NCBI GenBank assembly: GCA_947589065.1
Contig: CANPZM010000001.1
Span: 455-64,454, forward strand
From: an uncultured Clostridia bacterium
GTDB taxonomy: Bacteria; Bacillota; Clostridia; TANB77; CAG-508
Direction of reading: 5' to 3'
Length of the DNA: 64,000 bases
Shown here: positions 29,870-41,136 of the stretch, one piece after another
Layout of the letters: each line of letters starts with the position of its first letter
Numbering within the stretch: position 1 is the first letter of the stretch
The notes under the pieces: model-generated
Seen by the model: the letters and a program-made list of their open reading frames with translations, nothing else
What the model was told of the DNA's origin: nothing
The model's database searches: none
Made by a program: the position numbers and the translations under genes

Positions 29870-30232
29870 CTAATCTTTTTTTATATCTTTTGTTATTTTT
29901 TCTAATATTGAATCTATTCTTGAACCATATTCAATTGACTCATCAAATAAAAATATTAATTCTGGTGTAATTCTTAAATTTACTCTTTTTGCAATTATTG
30001 TTCTAACAAAGCCAGAACACTTTTTTAATCTTGCTAAATTTCCTTTATTACTTTTAGCATTTATCATACTGACATAAACTCTTGCATACTTTAGGTCAGG
30101 AGTAGTATCAACTTTGGTAACACTAATTAATCCCGTAATATGTGGGTCTTTCAACTCTTGAGATATAACTACACTAATCTCTTTTTTTAACTCTTCATTT
30201 ATTTTATTCATTCTGTTACTATTCTTTGCCAT
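29870..30232 (-). CDS. rbfA: ribosome-binding factor A
   Basis: RbfA KH-like fold sequence. The likely start is the second ATG (MAKNSNRM...), which has a better-spaced SD. The ORF track extends to 30244. Confidence 0.85.
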   Translation of the reverse strand: MAKNSNRMNKINEELKKEISVVISQELKDPHITGLISVTKVDTTPDLKYARVYVSMINAKSNKGNLARLKKCSGFVRTIIAKRVNLRITPELIFLFDESIEYGSRIDSILEKITKDIKKD

Positions 30233-30331
30233 TATCAGCCTCATCCTTTCCTAAATTACAACTCAAGTGAAAAATAATTAAATTTCGAAATAATCAAAAT
30301 CATAATTATTTTTCAACTTTAGATTTTTCTA

Positions 30332-33055
30332 TTAATGCTTAATTTCTTCAAGAATATGAGCTTCAATAGTATCTCCTTCTTTTACATCATCATATCCTTC
30401 AATCTGAACTCCACATTCATATCCATAAGCTACTTCTTTTACATCATCTTTAAATCTTTTTAATGATATTAGTTTTCCTTCATATAATACAACATTGTCT
30501 CTAATAACTCTAACAGTTGAATTTCTTGCAATTTTTCCATCTGTTACATAACATCCAGCAATTGTACCCACATTTGAAACTTTAAACGTTTGTCTAACTT
30601 CTGCATTACCAATAACAACTTCCTTAAATTCTGGATCTAACATACCTTTCATTGCAGCTTGAACATCTTCAATTGCATTATATATTATTGAATATAATTT
30701 TATTTCTACGCCTTCTTTTTCCGCTTCAGACTTTGCAGTTGGTTCTGGTCTTACATTAAATCCAATAATAATTGCATTTGAAACTTTTGCCAAAGTAACA
30801 TCTGTTTCAGTTATTCCACCAACATTTGAATGAATTACATGTACTTTAACTTGATCATCAGATAATTTTTCTAATGACTGTTTTACAGCCTCCACAGAAC
30901 CTTGAACATCTGCTTTAACAATTAAGTTTAATTGCTTTAACTTGCCTTGTTCAATTTGATTGAATAAATCATCCAGTGTAACCATTGATGTAGCATTTAA
31001 TCCTTTTTCTCTCTCTTGAATTCTTCTTCTTTCAATTAAATGTTTTGCAGTTTTTTCATCTTTAACTTCATAGAAAGTTTCTCCGGCATTTGGAACACTT
31101 GTAAGACCTGTAATCTCAACTGGAGTTGATGGGCCAGCATTTTTAACTTTCTTTCCTTTATCATTAGTCATTGTTCTTATTCTTCCTATTGAAGAACCAA
31201 CAACTATTGTATCTCCAACATCTAGTTTTCCTCTTTGAACTAGCATTGTTGCAACTGGTCCCTTAGATTTATCAAGTTTTGCTTCAATAACTGTACCTTT
31301 AGCTTGTTTATTTGGATTAACTTTTAGTTCCAACATATCAGCTTGCAATAATACCATTTCTAATAAGTTATCAATTCCATCTCCTTTTTTTGCAGAGATT
31401 GGTACAAAAATTGTATCTCCACCCCATTCTTCTGGTACTAATCCATATTCTGTTAATGATTCCTTAATTTTCTCAGCATTTGCGCCAGGTAAATCCATTT
31501 TATTTATAGCAACAATAATTGGAATTTCAGCAGCCTTAGCATGATTTATTGCTTCAATAGTTTGTGGCATAACACCATCATTAGCTGCAACAACTAAAAT
31601 TGCTATATCAGTTATTTGAGCGCCTCTTGCTCTCATACTTGTAAAAGCTTCATGACCTGGTGTATCTAGAAAAGTAATTTCTCTATCATTTACTTTTACC
31701 TTATATGCACCAATATGTTGAGTAATTCCTCCAGCTTCACCTTCTATTACATTTGTTTTTCTAATTGCATCAAGTAATGATGTTTTTCCATGGTCAACAT
31801 GCCCCATTACAACAACTACTGGTGGTCTACTTATTAAATCTGATTCCTTATCTTCACTTTCATCAAATAATATTTCTTCATCTGTTTTTATATCTTTTTT
31901 GATTGCTGTAATTCCATACTCAGAAGCAGCCAAATAAGCAATATCAAAATCTATTTCTTTATTTATTGTTGCCATAACACCTAAGTTTAATAACTTAGTA
32001 ATTAAATCCCCGCTTGTAATTTTCATTTCAGCAGCTAAATCTTTTACTGTAATTACCGGTGGAATAGTTATTTCCGTTAATTTGAAAATCTTTTGTTTTA
32101 CTCTATTTTCAGGTTTTACTTTCTTTTCACTTCTTCTACCTCTTTGAGTACTTAAATCGTAATAATCTAACATATCAACATTTGAAAGTTTGCTTTCCTG
32201 CTTTAAAGATCTTAGTTTTCCAGAACTAAATTCTTCGCCTTTTCCCTTTTTCTTAGGTTTCTTAGTTCTCTGTTCTTCAAACATACGATTATTTTTTTGC
32301 TTATCTATTGCTCTATTTGAATATTCTATTCCATTTTCTTTTTCTATAATATCTACAGCGGCAATATTATTGATTTTTCTGTCAACATTCTTATTATCAA
32401 ATTTCTTATTATTATTTTTGAAATTGCCATTATTATTGTTATTATTATTTCTATTATAATTATGATCATTATTTGAATTTCTAGGATTTTTAAAATTCTT
32501 TTGATTATTTTGATTATTATTACTATTATTTACCCTATTAATATTAGTATTACTATTATTTTTTTCTGTTTTTACTATTTCTTTCTTTTCTGAAACCTTA
32601 GCTGGTTCTTCTTTTTTAACTTCTTTTTTTACAACTTTTTCTTCTTTCTTATTCTTATCTGGTATTCCGAATAACTCAGCAACAGACATAGGTTTTGATT
32701 GCTTATTTCTATAAACTATGTTATAATCTTTCTTTCTATTTTTTTCTACAAATCCTACATCACTTTTATTGTTTAAATTTACTTTATCATCTTTTTTGTC
32801 TGAATCTTCATTTATTATTACAGTTCTTCTCATAATAACAGGTTGGTCTGATACTACCTCTTTCTTAGATTCATTCTTTTCTACTTTCTTTGTTGAATTC
32901 GTGATTAATTCCGCCTCCTTATCAGTAATTGTACTTAAATGACTCTTAACATCGATTCCCAGTTTTTGAGCTCTTTCAATTACTTCTTTACTATTTAACT
33001 TCAATTTTTTTGCTAGTTCATGTATTTTAATTTTGTCCAATAGTATCACCCCCAT
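30332..33055 (-). CDS. infB: translation initiation factor IF-2
   Basis: 907 aa. GTPase G1-G4 motifs ([18 protein letters not shown]). Contains an N/K-rich low-complexity insert. The true start is probably a non-ATG codon downstream of 33027, because the ORF-track start overlaps the L7Ae gene by 29 nt. Confidence 0.95.
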   Translation of the reverse strand: MGVILLDKIKIHELAKKLKLNSKEVIERAQKLGIDVKSHLSTITDKEAELITNSTKKVEKNESKKEVVSDQPVIMRRTVIINEDSDKKDDKVNLNNKSDVGFVEKNRKKDYNIVYRNKQSKPMSVAELFGIPDKNKKEEKVVKKEVKKEEPAKVSEKKEIVKTEKNNSNTNINRVNNSNNNQNNQKNFKNPRNSNNDHNYNRNNNNNNNGNFKNNNKKFDNKNVDRKINNIAAVDIIEKENGIEYSNRAIDKQKNNRMFEEQRTKKPKKKGKGEEFSSGKLRSLKQESKLSNVDMLDYYDLSTQRGRRSEKKVKPENRVKQKIFKLTEITIPPVITVKDLAAEMKITSGDLITKLLNLGVMATINKEIDFDIAYLAASEYGITAIKKDIKTDEEILFDESEDKESDLISRPPVVVVMGHVDHGKTSLLDAIRKTNVIEGEAGGITQHIGAYKVKVNDREITFLDTPGHEAFTSMRARGAQITDIAILVVAANDGVMPQTIEAINHAKAAEIPIIVAINKMDLPGANAEKIKESLTEYGLVPEEWGGDTIFVPISAKKGDGIDNLLEMVLLQADMLELKVNPNKQAKGTVIEAKLDKSKGPVATMLVQRGKLDVGDTIVVGSSIGRIRTMTNDKGKKVKNAGPSTPVEITGLTSVPNAGETFYEVKDEKTAKHLIERRRIQEREKGLNATSMVTLDDLFNQIEQGKLKQLNLIVKADVQGSVEAVKQSLEKLSDDQVKVHVIHSNVGGITETDVTLAKVSNAIIIGFNVRPEPTAKSEAEKEGVEIKLYSIIYNAIEDVQAAMKGMLDPEFKEVVIGNAEVRQTFKVSNVGTIAGCYVTDGKIARNSTVRVIRDNVVLYEGKLISLKRFKDDVKEVAYGYECGVQIEGYDDVKEGDTIEAHILEEIKH

Positions 33056-33266
33056 TAATTATTTGACAAATTGCTAATGCAAAATTTTCGTCGCTAATAC
33101 CAATAATTGCTTTATTGTTTTTTCCAATTGCTTTACTATTATTTTCTATATTGCCAAAAATAAATACCTTGGCATTATACCTTTTTGAAAGGTTCAAAAA
33201 TTTATTTTTTGTTTTTTCAGATGCATCTTCAGCGATAATTATCAAATATATTTTTTTTCTTGCCAA
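33027..33266 (-). CDS. L7Ae-family ribosomal-protein-like protein (YlxQ)
   Basis: 79 aa. Conserved position between ylxR and infB. Small L7Ae-like fold sequence. Confidence 0.65.
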   Translation of the reverse strand: MARKKIYLIIIAEDASEKTKNKFLNLSKRYNAKVFIFGNIENNSKAIGKNNKAIIGISDENFALAICQIINGGDTIGQN

Positions 33267-33340
33267 AGCATCCTCAACAGCATCTGCACCACAAAATGTC
33301 TTTCCAGCCTTAGTCGCCAGTCCGCATTAATCCATTTACT

Positions 33341-33616
33341 TTATTTTGATTGACTATCAATTACATCCCTCAACTCTTCATAAATTTCTTTATCTATTTC
33401 TTGCTCAAATGTCTTCACTAATCTATTTGATTTAATTGCTTTTTCTAAGCATTTAACGTCTTTACAAATATATGCTCCTCTTCCATTTTTCTTTCCAATT
33501 AAATCTATAGATATATTATTATCTTTATCTTTTACAATACGCAATAATTCATTTTTTTGTTTTGTCTCGTTGCAACCAATACATGTTCTTTCGGGTATTT
33601 TTTTCAATAGTTTCAC
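33341..33616 (-). CDS. ylxR: YlxR/RnpM (DUF448) RNA-binding protein
   Basis: 91 aa. ERTCIGC...GRGAYIC motif. Immediately downstream of nusA. Confidence 0.8.
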   Translation of the reverse strand: MKLLKKIPERTCIGCNETKQKNELLRIVKDKDNNISIDLIGKKNGRGAYICKDVKCLEKAIKSNRLVKTFEQEIDKEIYEELRDVIDSQSK

Positions 33617-33621
33617 CTCAT

Positions 33622-34761
33622 TTATTCATTTTCATTTCCTTCTGATTGTTCAATTTGTTTAGTCTCTTCTAACATTTTTCTAAATTGAGATTCACTTTTT
33701 ATATCAATTTTCCAATTAGTTAATTTAGCAGCTAATCTTGCATTTTGTCCTGATTTTCCAATTGCCAATGATAGTTGATCATCTGGAACAATAACTTGTG
33801 CAAATTTTTCGTCATCTTTAATATCAACTGCAAGTACCTGAGCAGGTAGCAATGCTGCAGCAATAAATATTGCTGGATCCTCATTCCATTCTATAACATC
33901 AATTTTTTCACCATGTAATTCATTTATAATATTTTGAATTCTTACACCCTTTTGTCCAACACAAGAACCAACGGGATCAATGTTTTCGTTTGTTGAATAT
34001 ACTGCTACTTTACTTCTTGAACCAGGATCTCTAGAAATATTTTTTATTTCTATCAATCCTTCATATATTTCTGGAATTTCAAATTCAAATAATTTTCTAA
34101 CAAAATCACTATTACTCCTTGAAATAATAACTTGAGGATTTCCTTTAACACCTTTAGCAACGCTCAATACATAACCCCTGATTTTATCATTTACTTTATA
34201 TTCTTCTGTTGGTATTTGTTCCTTAGTTGGCATAATTCCTTCAAGTTTTCCTAAATCAAGCACTACAGCATTTCCATCACTTTTTTGAACAATTCCAGTA
34301 ACGATTTCACCTTTTTTATCATTAAATTCTGTATAAACTATTTCTCTTTCAGCTTCTCTTATTTTTTGAACTACAACCTGTTTTGCTGTTTGTGCTGCAA
34401 TTCTTCCGAAATTTTTAGGAACTATTTCAACATCAACAGTATCTCCTACTTCTAATTTTTTACTTATCTTTTTAGCCTGTTCCAAACCAATTTCTAATAA
34501 CTCATTTTTTGCAGTCTCCACAACATTTTTAGTAGAATACACATGCATTTCGCCTGTTTCTTTATCTATACTAACTTTAACATTATCAGCAGAATCGAAG
34601 TTCTTCTTATATGCAGTCACTAAAGCCACTTCTAATGATTCTAAAAGATAATCTTTTTTTATTCCTCTTTCCTCTTCTAATTCTTTCATTGCAACAACTA
34701 ATTCTTTCATATCAATTGCTTTCATTTTTCTATCACATTCCTTTCCAAAATAATTTACCAA
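33622..34761 (-). CDS. nusA: transcription termination/antitermination factor NusA
   Basis: 379 aa. S1 plus two KH domains (GxxG motifs GQKGVRIQNI, GKSGQNARL). Confidence 0.95.
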   Translation of the reverse strand: MVNYFGKECDRKMKAIDMKELVVAMKELEEERGIKKDYLLESLEVALVTAYKKNFDSADNVKVSIDKETGEMHVYSTKNVVETAKNELLEIGLEQAKKISKKLEVGDTVDVEIVPKNFGRIAAQTAKQVVVQKIREAEREIVYTEFNDKKGEIVTGIVQKSDGNAVVLDLGKLEGIMPTKEQIPTEEYKVNDKIRGYVLSVAKGVKGNPQVIISRSNSDFVRKLFEFEIPEIYEGLIEIKNISRDPGSRSKVAVYSTNENIDPVGSCVGQKGVRIQNIINELHGEKIDVIEWNEDPAIFIAAALLPAQVLAVDIKDDEKFAQVIVPDDQLSLAIGKSGQNARLAAKLTNWKIDIKSESQFRKMLEETKQIEQSEGNENE

Positions 34762-35216
34762 TTAAAAATAGATTTACCACTTGCAATTTTATCAAAATTA
34801 ATTTTTATTTCCTCATTATCTACTTTCAATAAAATTGAATCTTCTTCACAATTTATCAATATTCCTCGAATATTTTTTTTATCATCAATTTTTGAATATA
34901 AAGTTATTTCAATTTCTTTTCCTATTTGCTTTTGGTAATGTTCTTTTTTCCTTAATTTTTTCTCTAATCCAGAGGATGACACTTCTAAAAAATATTGTTC
35001 CTGCAAATATTCTTCTTCATCTAATATAAGATTAATTACATCATTTACTTTTTCACAGTCTGAAATATCTATACCATCTGGTTTATCAATATAAATGCAT
35101 AAATGGTATTCTTTTCCTTCTTTAATATATTCAACATCGTATAATTCATAACCCAGCTCTTCAATCTTTTCTTTTAAAAGCTCTGTTACTCTTAATTCAA
35201 TATTTTTTTGTGCCAA
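34755..35216 (-). CDS. rimP: ribosome maturation factor RimP
   Basis: 153 aa. First gene of the nusA operon. RimP-like N-terminal sequence. Confidence 0.85.
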   Translation of the reverse strand: MAQKNIELRVTELLKEKIEELGYELYDVEYIKEGKEYHLCIYIDKPDGIDISDCEKVNDVINLILDEEEYLQEQYFLEVSSSGLEKKLRKKEHYQKQIGKEIEITLYSKIDDKKNIRGILINCEEDSILLKVDNEEIKINFDKIASGKSIFNW

Positions 35217-35345
35217 TCTTTTCCTCCAATTTATTAACTAATAAAGAGTGGAATTTGCTTCCACTCTTCTGTTTTAATATTTTGCTTTAACCATTATACA
35301 CTGTTTTTTCCATCAATGCAAGTTTTTTTTACCTATTTTTAAGAA

Positions 35346-36008
35346 TTATAACTCCAAAAAACTAGACAAATCATAATTAGTTCCATTAGTAGCACATAAA
35401 ATAATTGTTTCTTCCTCAATATCTCTATGTTTTTTTACAACATTTTGCATTTTACTTTCTTTATAATCCAACTTAATCAATTCACCATTTAGTTCCAACT
35501 TATTGTCTACAATTGCCTGATTTAAGTCTAAAAAATTGATTTCTCCATTATTAGTATAAGTAACTAAATATGTACTATTTTTTAATTTTCCTACTTTTAT
35601 ATCTTTTATTTCAAAATTATTAGATTTTATTTCATTAGATTCATTCACATTTATTTTACTATCAGGATACGTCTTTTTGAAATTTTCCTTATTAATTACA
35701 TTTAAATATAATTTATTTTTAGACAAAACAACTTGAAAATTACCATTTAAATCACACTCAATAATGTCATAAGTGGTATCTTCACTCTCTGTTCCAGTTA
35801 CACTCTTATCAGCACTTATGTCAGTATAGTTATTAGTATTATCTTCAACTATATTAGTATTGTTTTCTGTTGCAGTCATAGGACTATCTTTCTCTACATT
35901 TACATTTAATAAAAATATTACTAATCCTACAATTGCTAAAATCATAATAGCAACTGTTAAAATAATAAGGTTTTTAATTTGCTTAGAATTTTTCATATAT
36001 ACCTCCAT
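35346..36008 (-). CDS. Membrane-anchored hypothetical protein
   Basis: 220 aa, N-terminal TM, no recognisable domain. Confidence 0.4.
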   Translation of the reverse strand: MEVYMKNSKQIKNLIILTVAIMILAIVGLVIFLLNVNVEKDSPMTATENNTNIVEDNTNNYTDISADKSVTGTESEDTTYDIIECDLNGNFQVVLSKNKLYLNVINKENFKKTYPDSKINVNESNEIKSNNFEIKDIKVGKLKNSTYLVTYTNNGEINFLDLNQAIVDNKLELNGELIKLDYKESKMQNVVKKHRDIEEETIILCATNGTNYDLSSFLEL

Positions 36009-36203
36009 CTATTTTTTTGAATTAAAATATATATTTATTATTTTTTCACTTATATTTTTTGCCTTGTTTGCATTTATATAGCTTTCCTTTATTATAAACA
36101 CACTAAAAATAACTAATAAAAGAATAATCAATCCTAAAATTATGCCATTAAATTTATTTTCTTTCTTTTTTTTCATTTTTTTATTTTTGTTCATTTTAAT
36201 CAC
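36009..36203 (-). CDS. Small basic membrane protein (hypothetical)
   Basis: 64 aa, K-rich N-terminus plus one TM. Abuts the downstream gene start. Confidence 0.3.
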   Translation of the reverse strand: MIKMNKNKKMKKKKENKFNGIILGLIILLLVIFSVFIIKESYINANKAKNISEKIINIYFNSKK

Positions 36204-36233
36204 CTTATTTACTTTTAAACAATAAAATATAAT

Positions 36234-38018
36234 TTATTCAAAAAAAGCATTAAACTCATCTTCTGAAATTGTTTCTCTTTCTAATAGTGTCTGTGCAACA
36301 GCATGTAATATATCTATATTGTCTAAAATAAGTTTTTGGGCTTTAATATAAGCTTCATCAACTAATTGTTTTACTTGCACTCCAACTTCATCAGTAATAT
36401 TTTCTCCAAAAATCTGTAATTCATAAGGCTCATCAACTTTTAATGATATTGGACCTAAAGAGCTACTCATCCCATATACTGTAATCATATCTCTTGCAAT
36501 ACCTGTAGCTACTTCAATATCATTACTTGCACCTGTTGATATATCATTTAAAGCAATTTTTTCTGCAGCTCTTCCACCTAATAAAGCTATCATCTTTTCT
36601 TCTAATTCAGTTTTAGAAATATAGTACTTATCTTCATTAGTTTTATACATTGTATAGCCACCAGCTAATCCTCTAGGAATGATTGATACCTCTTTTACAT
36701 TATCCTGTGTTTCTAGAAATTTACTAACAACAGCATGTCCAGCTTCATGATAAGCTGTAAGTTTCTTATCTTTTTCAGAAACAACTCTATTATGTTTTTC
36801 TAATCCAACAGTTATTTTCTTTACAGCAGATTCAATATCATCTTTTTCAATTGATTTATGTTTATTTCTAGTTGCTAAAATAGCTGCTTCATTTAATAAA
36901 TTAGATAATTCTGCTCCTGTAAATCCTGCAGTATCTCCAGCAATTTCTTTTAAGTCAATATTATCTGCAAGTTTTTTATCTTTAGCATATAATTTTAGTA
37001 TTTCTTCTCTTCCTAATAAATCTGGTGCAGGAATTGTAATTTGCCTATCAAATCTTCCAGGCCTTAGTAAAGCTTTATCTAACATTTCTGGTCTATTTGT
37101 TGCTGCAAGTACAATAATTGTTTCATTACTCTCAAATCCATCCATTTCAACAAGTAATTGATTTAGTGTCTGGTTATTTTCTGATTCTGCACCACTGTTA
37201 CTTGTCCTTCTTGATCCTATAGCATCAATTTCATCAATAAATACTATACATGGTGCAATCTTTTTAGCCTTCTCAAATAATTTTCTTACTCTTGACGCAC
37301 CAAGTCCAGCAAACATTTCAATAAATTCAGAACCACTCATTGAAATAAATGGAACATTTGCTTCTCCTGCTATTGCCTTAGCAATTAAAGTTTTACCTGT
37401 ACCAGGTTTTCCATATAATAGAATTCCTTTTGGAATTTTAGCTCCCATACTTTGAAATTTCTTAGGATTTTTCAAAAAGTCTACTATTTCAATTAATTCA
37501 TTTTTTTCCTCATCTAATCCAGCAACATCCTTAAATTTAACACCTGTATTATTCTCTTCATTTTCACCATAAACTTTGCTTTTCTCACCAATACCCTGCA
37601 TTTTAAATATCATTATTATCAAAACAACTAATAATATAGTTGGTATAAAACTAAATAAATTTTCTGCAAATGTAATAAATTTATTTGGAGTCTTTACATC
37701 AAATTTTAATTCATCATTTTTTACTAATTGTTCATTTACAAACTCCATAAATGGTTGAAGAGAATTTATATTTGAAGTCTTTTCATCATCAGAGTCTTTA
37801 TATTTAACATTGACACTAGAAGATCCTACTGTCATTTCTATTTTCTCAACTCTCTTATGAATTATATCTTGATACAATTGATCATAAGTAACCTTTTTTT
37901 CCTCAGCTTTTTGGGTTTGATAAATTACTAACAATATTGTCATCACTGATATAAGTACAATACCAAATATTATTAAAAATATTTTTACATTATTTTTCTT
38001 ATCCTTACTATTTGCCAT
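36234..38018 (-). CDS. ftsH: ATP-dependent zinc metalloprotease FtsH
   Basis: 594 aa. Two N-terminal TMs, AAA module (GPPGTGKT, DEIDA) and M41 HEAGHA zinc motif. Confidence 0.95.
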   Translation of the reverse strand: MANSKDKKNNVKIFLIIFGIVLISVMTILLVIYQTQKAEEKKVTYDQLYQDIIHKRVEKIEMTVGSSSVNVKYKDSDDEKTSNINSLQPFMEFVNEQLVKNDELKFDVKTPNKFITFAENLFSFIPTILLVVLIIMIFKMQGIGEKSKVYGENEENNTGVKFKDVAGLDEEKNELIEIVDFLKNPKKFQSMGAKIPKGILLYGKPGTGKTLIAKAIAGEANVPFISMSGSEFIEMFAGLGASRVRKLFEKAKKIAPCIVFIDEIDAIGSRRTSNSGAESENNQTLNQLLVEMDGFESNETIIVLAATNRPEMLDKALLRPGRFDRQITIPAPDLLGREEILKLYAKDKKLADNIDLKEIAGDTAGFTGAELSNLLNEAAILATRNKHKSIEKDDIESAVKKITVGLEKHNRVVSEKDKKLTAYHEAGHAVVSKFLETQDNVKEVSIIPRGLAGGYTMYKTNEDKYYISKTELEEKMIALLGGRAAEKIALNDISTGASNDIEVATGIARDMITVYGMSSSLGPISLKVDEPYELQIFGENITDEVGVQVKQLVDEAYIKAQKLILDNIDILHAVAQTLLERETISEDEFNAFFE

Positions 38019-38049
38019 CCTTTTTTATCCTTTCAAAAACAAACTTTAA

Positions 38050-38955
38050 TTATATTTCTGAACCATCTGGTTCATCAGTTGCTTCATTTTCTTTATTTTT
38101 TTCGTTTATTTGTTTTTCTTCTTTATCGCCATTTTTTTCTTCTTGTTTTTCTTCCTCTTTTTCCTTTTCTTCTTTTTCTTCATTTGCATTTTCTTGTTGC
38201 TTTTTTATTTTTTCTAATTTTGCAATTTTTATAAGTTCCATTTGCTGATTAATTAAGTCTGATTTTATCATATAAATAACTGCAGTTACATAAATATAAG
38301 CAATCAATATAGATAAATATTCAAACAATTCTATATATATTCCGAAGTATTGATTTAATAGTAAATATATGACATTTAGTATCATCGACAATGTCGAAGC
38401 ATAAATTGAAATTGAAAATAATCTAGAATATTTCATTTTTATTCTAGAAAAATTCAATACTATTAATCCAATTAATGATGTAATTAATGCAACTAATATC
38501 CAAAAAATAAATAAATCAAAAAATTCTAGAATAAATAAAAATATAGAACTATATATTATTATTATATTTCCTTTACTATTTAAAAAATTTAAAACATCAG
38601 ATTTATTATATGATTTATCAGCTAACAAATCTCTATATGTAGGTTCTAACTGTTTCATCATTTCCGCTATTTGTTTTTGATTGTCATTCATTTCCTTAGT
38701 TTCAATAACTAAATTATGATTTTCATATGAAAATTCCGGAATTATACTATCAACATAATTAGCTGGTGTCTTAAATTTTATAAGTATATATGCTACATTT
38801 GATATTACAATTATTAATACTAATAAAATTATAGTTTTTACCAGAAATTCCATTGCCTTTCCTAATTTTTCTACTGTAAACTGAATATAATTTTCTAGTT
38901 CTAATAATGCCATTTTTAGTCTTTTAAAATAATTGTTTTTTTTCTGTTGTTCCAT
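38050..38955 (-). CDS. Hypothetical polytopic membrane protein with an E/K-rich C-terminal tail
   Basis: 301 aa with several TM segments. C-terminal EEKEEKEKEEEKQEEK low complexity. Confidence 0.45.
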   Translation of the reverse strand: MEQQKKNNYFKRLKMALLELENYIQFTVEKLGKAMEFLVKTIILLVLIIVISNVAYILIKFKTPANYVDSIIPEFSYENHNLVIETKEMNDNQKQIAEMMKQLEPTYRDLLADKSYNKSDVLNFLNSKGNIIIIYSSIFLFILEFFDLFIFWILVALITSLIGLIVLNFSRIKMKYSRLFSISIYASTLSMILNVIYLLLNQYFGIYIELFEYLSILIAYIYVTAVIYMIKSDLINQQMELIKIAKLEKIKKQQENANEEKEEKEKEEEKQEEKNGDKEEKQINEKNKENEATDEPDGSEI

Positions 38956-40053
38956 TAGATATATTCCCTTCTTATCTTACTATCCACATAAATTGGTGAA
39001 ACTTCAATACATACCTCATCACCTAATTTTATATCTGAATCTGTAATATCTATTGCTATATGATTCATTCCAATTTTACCAACAATAGGATAATTTTTAT
39101 TTTTTATTTTAACATATATTCTATCATCTTTAATCAATTTAACTAATGAATTTTTTGCATTTCGAATCTTATCAATAAATCTAAAGGTATCATTTTTATT
39201 TCCGACATTCACTCCATCAGAATATCCGAACTGGAGCAATTGCAATCATAGAATTTCTTTTTAATTTATGCATTTTTCCATAGCCAATACTTGTATTTTT
39301 TTCTAAATATTTAATATCTACTATATTAGATTTCAATATACCTATTTTTCGCAAGTTTAATTTATTTTCAACTAATATTCTTCCTAAAAATGCTGAACCA
39401 ATCCTTGATGCATCTAATAACATATCATCATACTTTAAAAATGCAGATGAATTTGCAATATGATACATAGGAATGTTTATATTATTTTGTATTAAATATT
39501 TTTTTAATTCTAAAAATCTATTTAGCTGTAATCTATCATTTTGAGTTCCTTTACTATAATAAGCACAAGATAAATGTGTAAACACACCATCTACAAACAA
39601 GTTTGTAGATTTCTTTATAGTTTCTAAAACATTTTCCTTATCATTATATAAAAATCCATATCTCGAAAATCCAGTATCAATCTTAATTTGTACATGTGCC
39701 TTAATATTTTTTTCTCTTGCCAGTTCATTTAGAATTTGAGCTGATTGAGCATTTCCAATTGTTATTACTATATTTTTATCTAACATTTTTTCCAAGTCTT
39801 CTTTTAGTGACGTAGCCTCTAAACAAAATATTCTTGCAGCAAATTTCAAATTCTTTAATTCTAATGCTTCTTCAACACATGAAACAGCTAAATCTGTAAT
39901 GCCATGTTGAATCAATAATTTAGAAAATTGTTCTAAACCTAAACCATACGCATTTCCTTTTACCATTGCTATAATCTTAGTATCTTGAGCCCTTTTTTTA
40001 ATTTGTTCAATATTAAATTCTAAATCTTCTTTTATAATTTCTAATTTTTTCAT
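38955..40053 (-). pseudogene. alr: alanine racemase interrupted by a +1-nt frameshift near 39225-39232 (N-terminal barrel ORF 39217..40053, C-terminal domain ORF 38955..39245)
   Basis: N-terminal ORF has the PLP-lysine region AMVKGNAYGLG. The two ORFs overlap by 29 nt in different frames. Removing one nt from CCAGTTCGGATAT restores the conserved ...IAIAPVGYSDG... motif across the junction. Confidence 0.7.
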
Positions 40054-40062
40054 AAATTCCTT

Positions 40063-41118
40063 TTATTTTTCAGAAATTTTCCTCTTCAAGCTTCTCAATG
40101 TTCTAAAAGCTTTTTCTGAAAATTTATACATTTTGTATACTACCGGTTTAAATGGTACATATATTTCTCCAATAAATTCTGTAAACTCTGCGCCAAATCC
40201 CTTTTTAAATCTATATAATCCGTATTGAGGATGAGTTTCATCTACAACTCCAGACACACCTCTAAAATCATAAACATCACATTTATTCTGTATTGCCTGT
40301 TTTATCATTTCCCATTGAAGTAAATAATTAGGCATCAAGTTTCTATGTTGATTGCTACTTGCTCCATATAAATACCAAGTCTTATTTCCATACATTATTG
40401 GTATTATACCAGAAATTGCTTCACCATCGTGATATGCCATAAGAAGCTTCATATGTTTTGGTGCAAGTTCATCATACATTTTTTCAAAATATTCAAGGGA
40501 ACGAATAATAAAACCATCACGTTTTCCAGTTTCTATCATTATTTCATGAAACTTTTTTAAGTCCTCTCTTGTTCCTTCTTTAACTACTACACCCTTTTTA
40601 GTTGCTAGACGAATATTATACCTAGTTTTTTGATGACAATTACTTAATATTTCATCTTCAGTCTTTCCTTTTATATCTAGCCTAAAAACAAATCTAGGTT
40701 GTATTTCATCTTTAAAATCTTTAGCATCATCTTTTATTTTAAATCCTAAATCTTCAACAATTTTTCTAAATTCTGCATCGTCTTTTTTTACATCTGGTTC
40801 CATTCTAAATACAAAAGCTTTATATTTTTTTCCTAATTCACGAATTCCTTCTACTAATTGATTCATTATTTCTTTGTTATGAATATCACAAACTGGACCT
40901 CTTGAAGCATACATCAAATTTCCGAAAATAGGAATTTTTCTAATCCATACACATATTGATCCAACAATATTTTTATTTTCATCTTCAGCCAAAACAACTT
41001 CTTTAATCCAATTAGTTTTTACTCTTCCCCATTCTAAAGACTGTTGAAAATTACAACGTTCATGTTTTTCTAAAAAATTAGTATATTCTTGTTCTGTTTC
41101 CTTTGTTACGAATCTCAT
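40063..41118 (-). CDS. FemAB-family peptidoglycan interpeptide-bridge aminoacyltransferase (FemX-like)
   Basis: 351 aa. Overall FemABX architecture (PF02388-like), tRNA-dependent transferase fold, no TM segment. Confidence 0.65.
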   Translation of the reverse strand: MRFVTKETEQEYTNFLEKHERCNFQQSLEWGRVKTNWIKEVVLAEDENKNIVGSICVWIRKIPIFGNLMYASRGPVCDIHNKEIMNQLVEGIRELGKKYKAFVFRMEPDVKKDDAEFRKIVEDLGFKIKDDAKDFKDEIQPRFVFRLDIKGKTEDEILSNCHQKTRYNIRLATKKGVVVKEGTREDLKKFHEIMIETGKRDGFIIRSLEYFEKMYDELAPKHMKLLMAYHDGEAISGIIPIMYGNKTWYLYGASSNQHRNLMPNYLLQWEMIKQAIQNKCDVYDFRGVSGVVDETHPQYGLYRFKKGFGAEFTEFIGEIYVPFKPVVYKMYKFSEKAFRTLRSLKRKISEK

Positions 41119-41136
41119 TTTATCTTCCCTTCCAAA

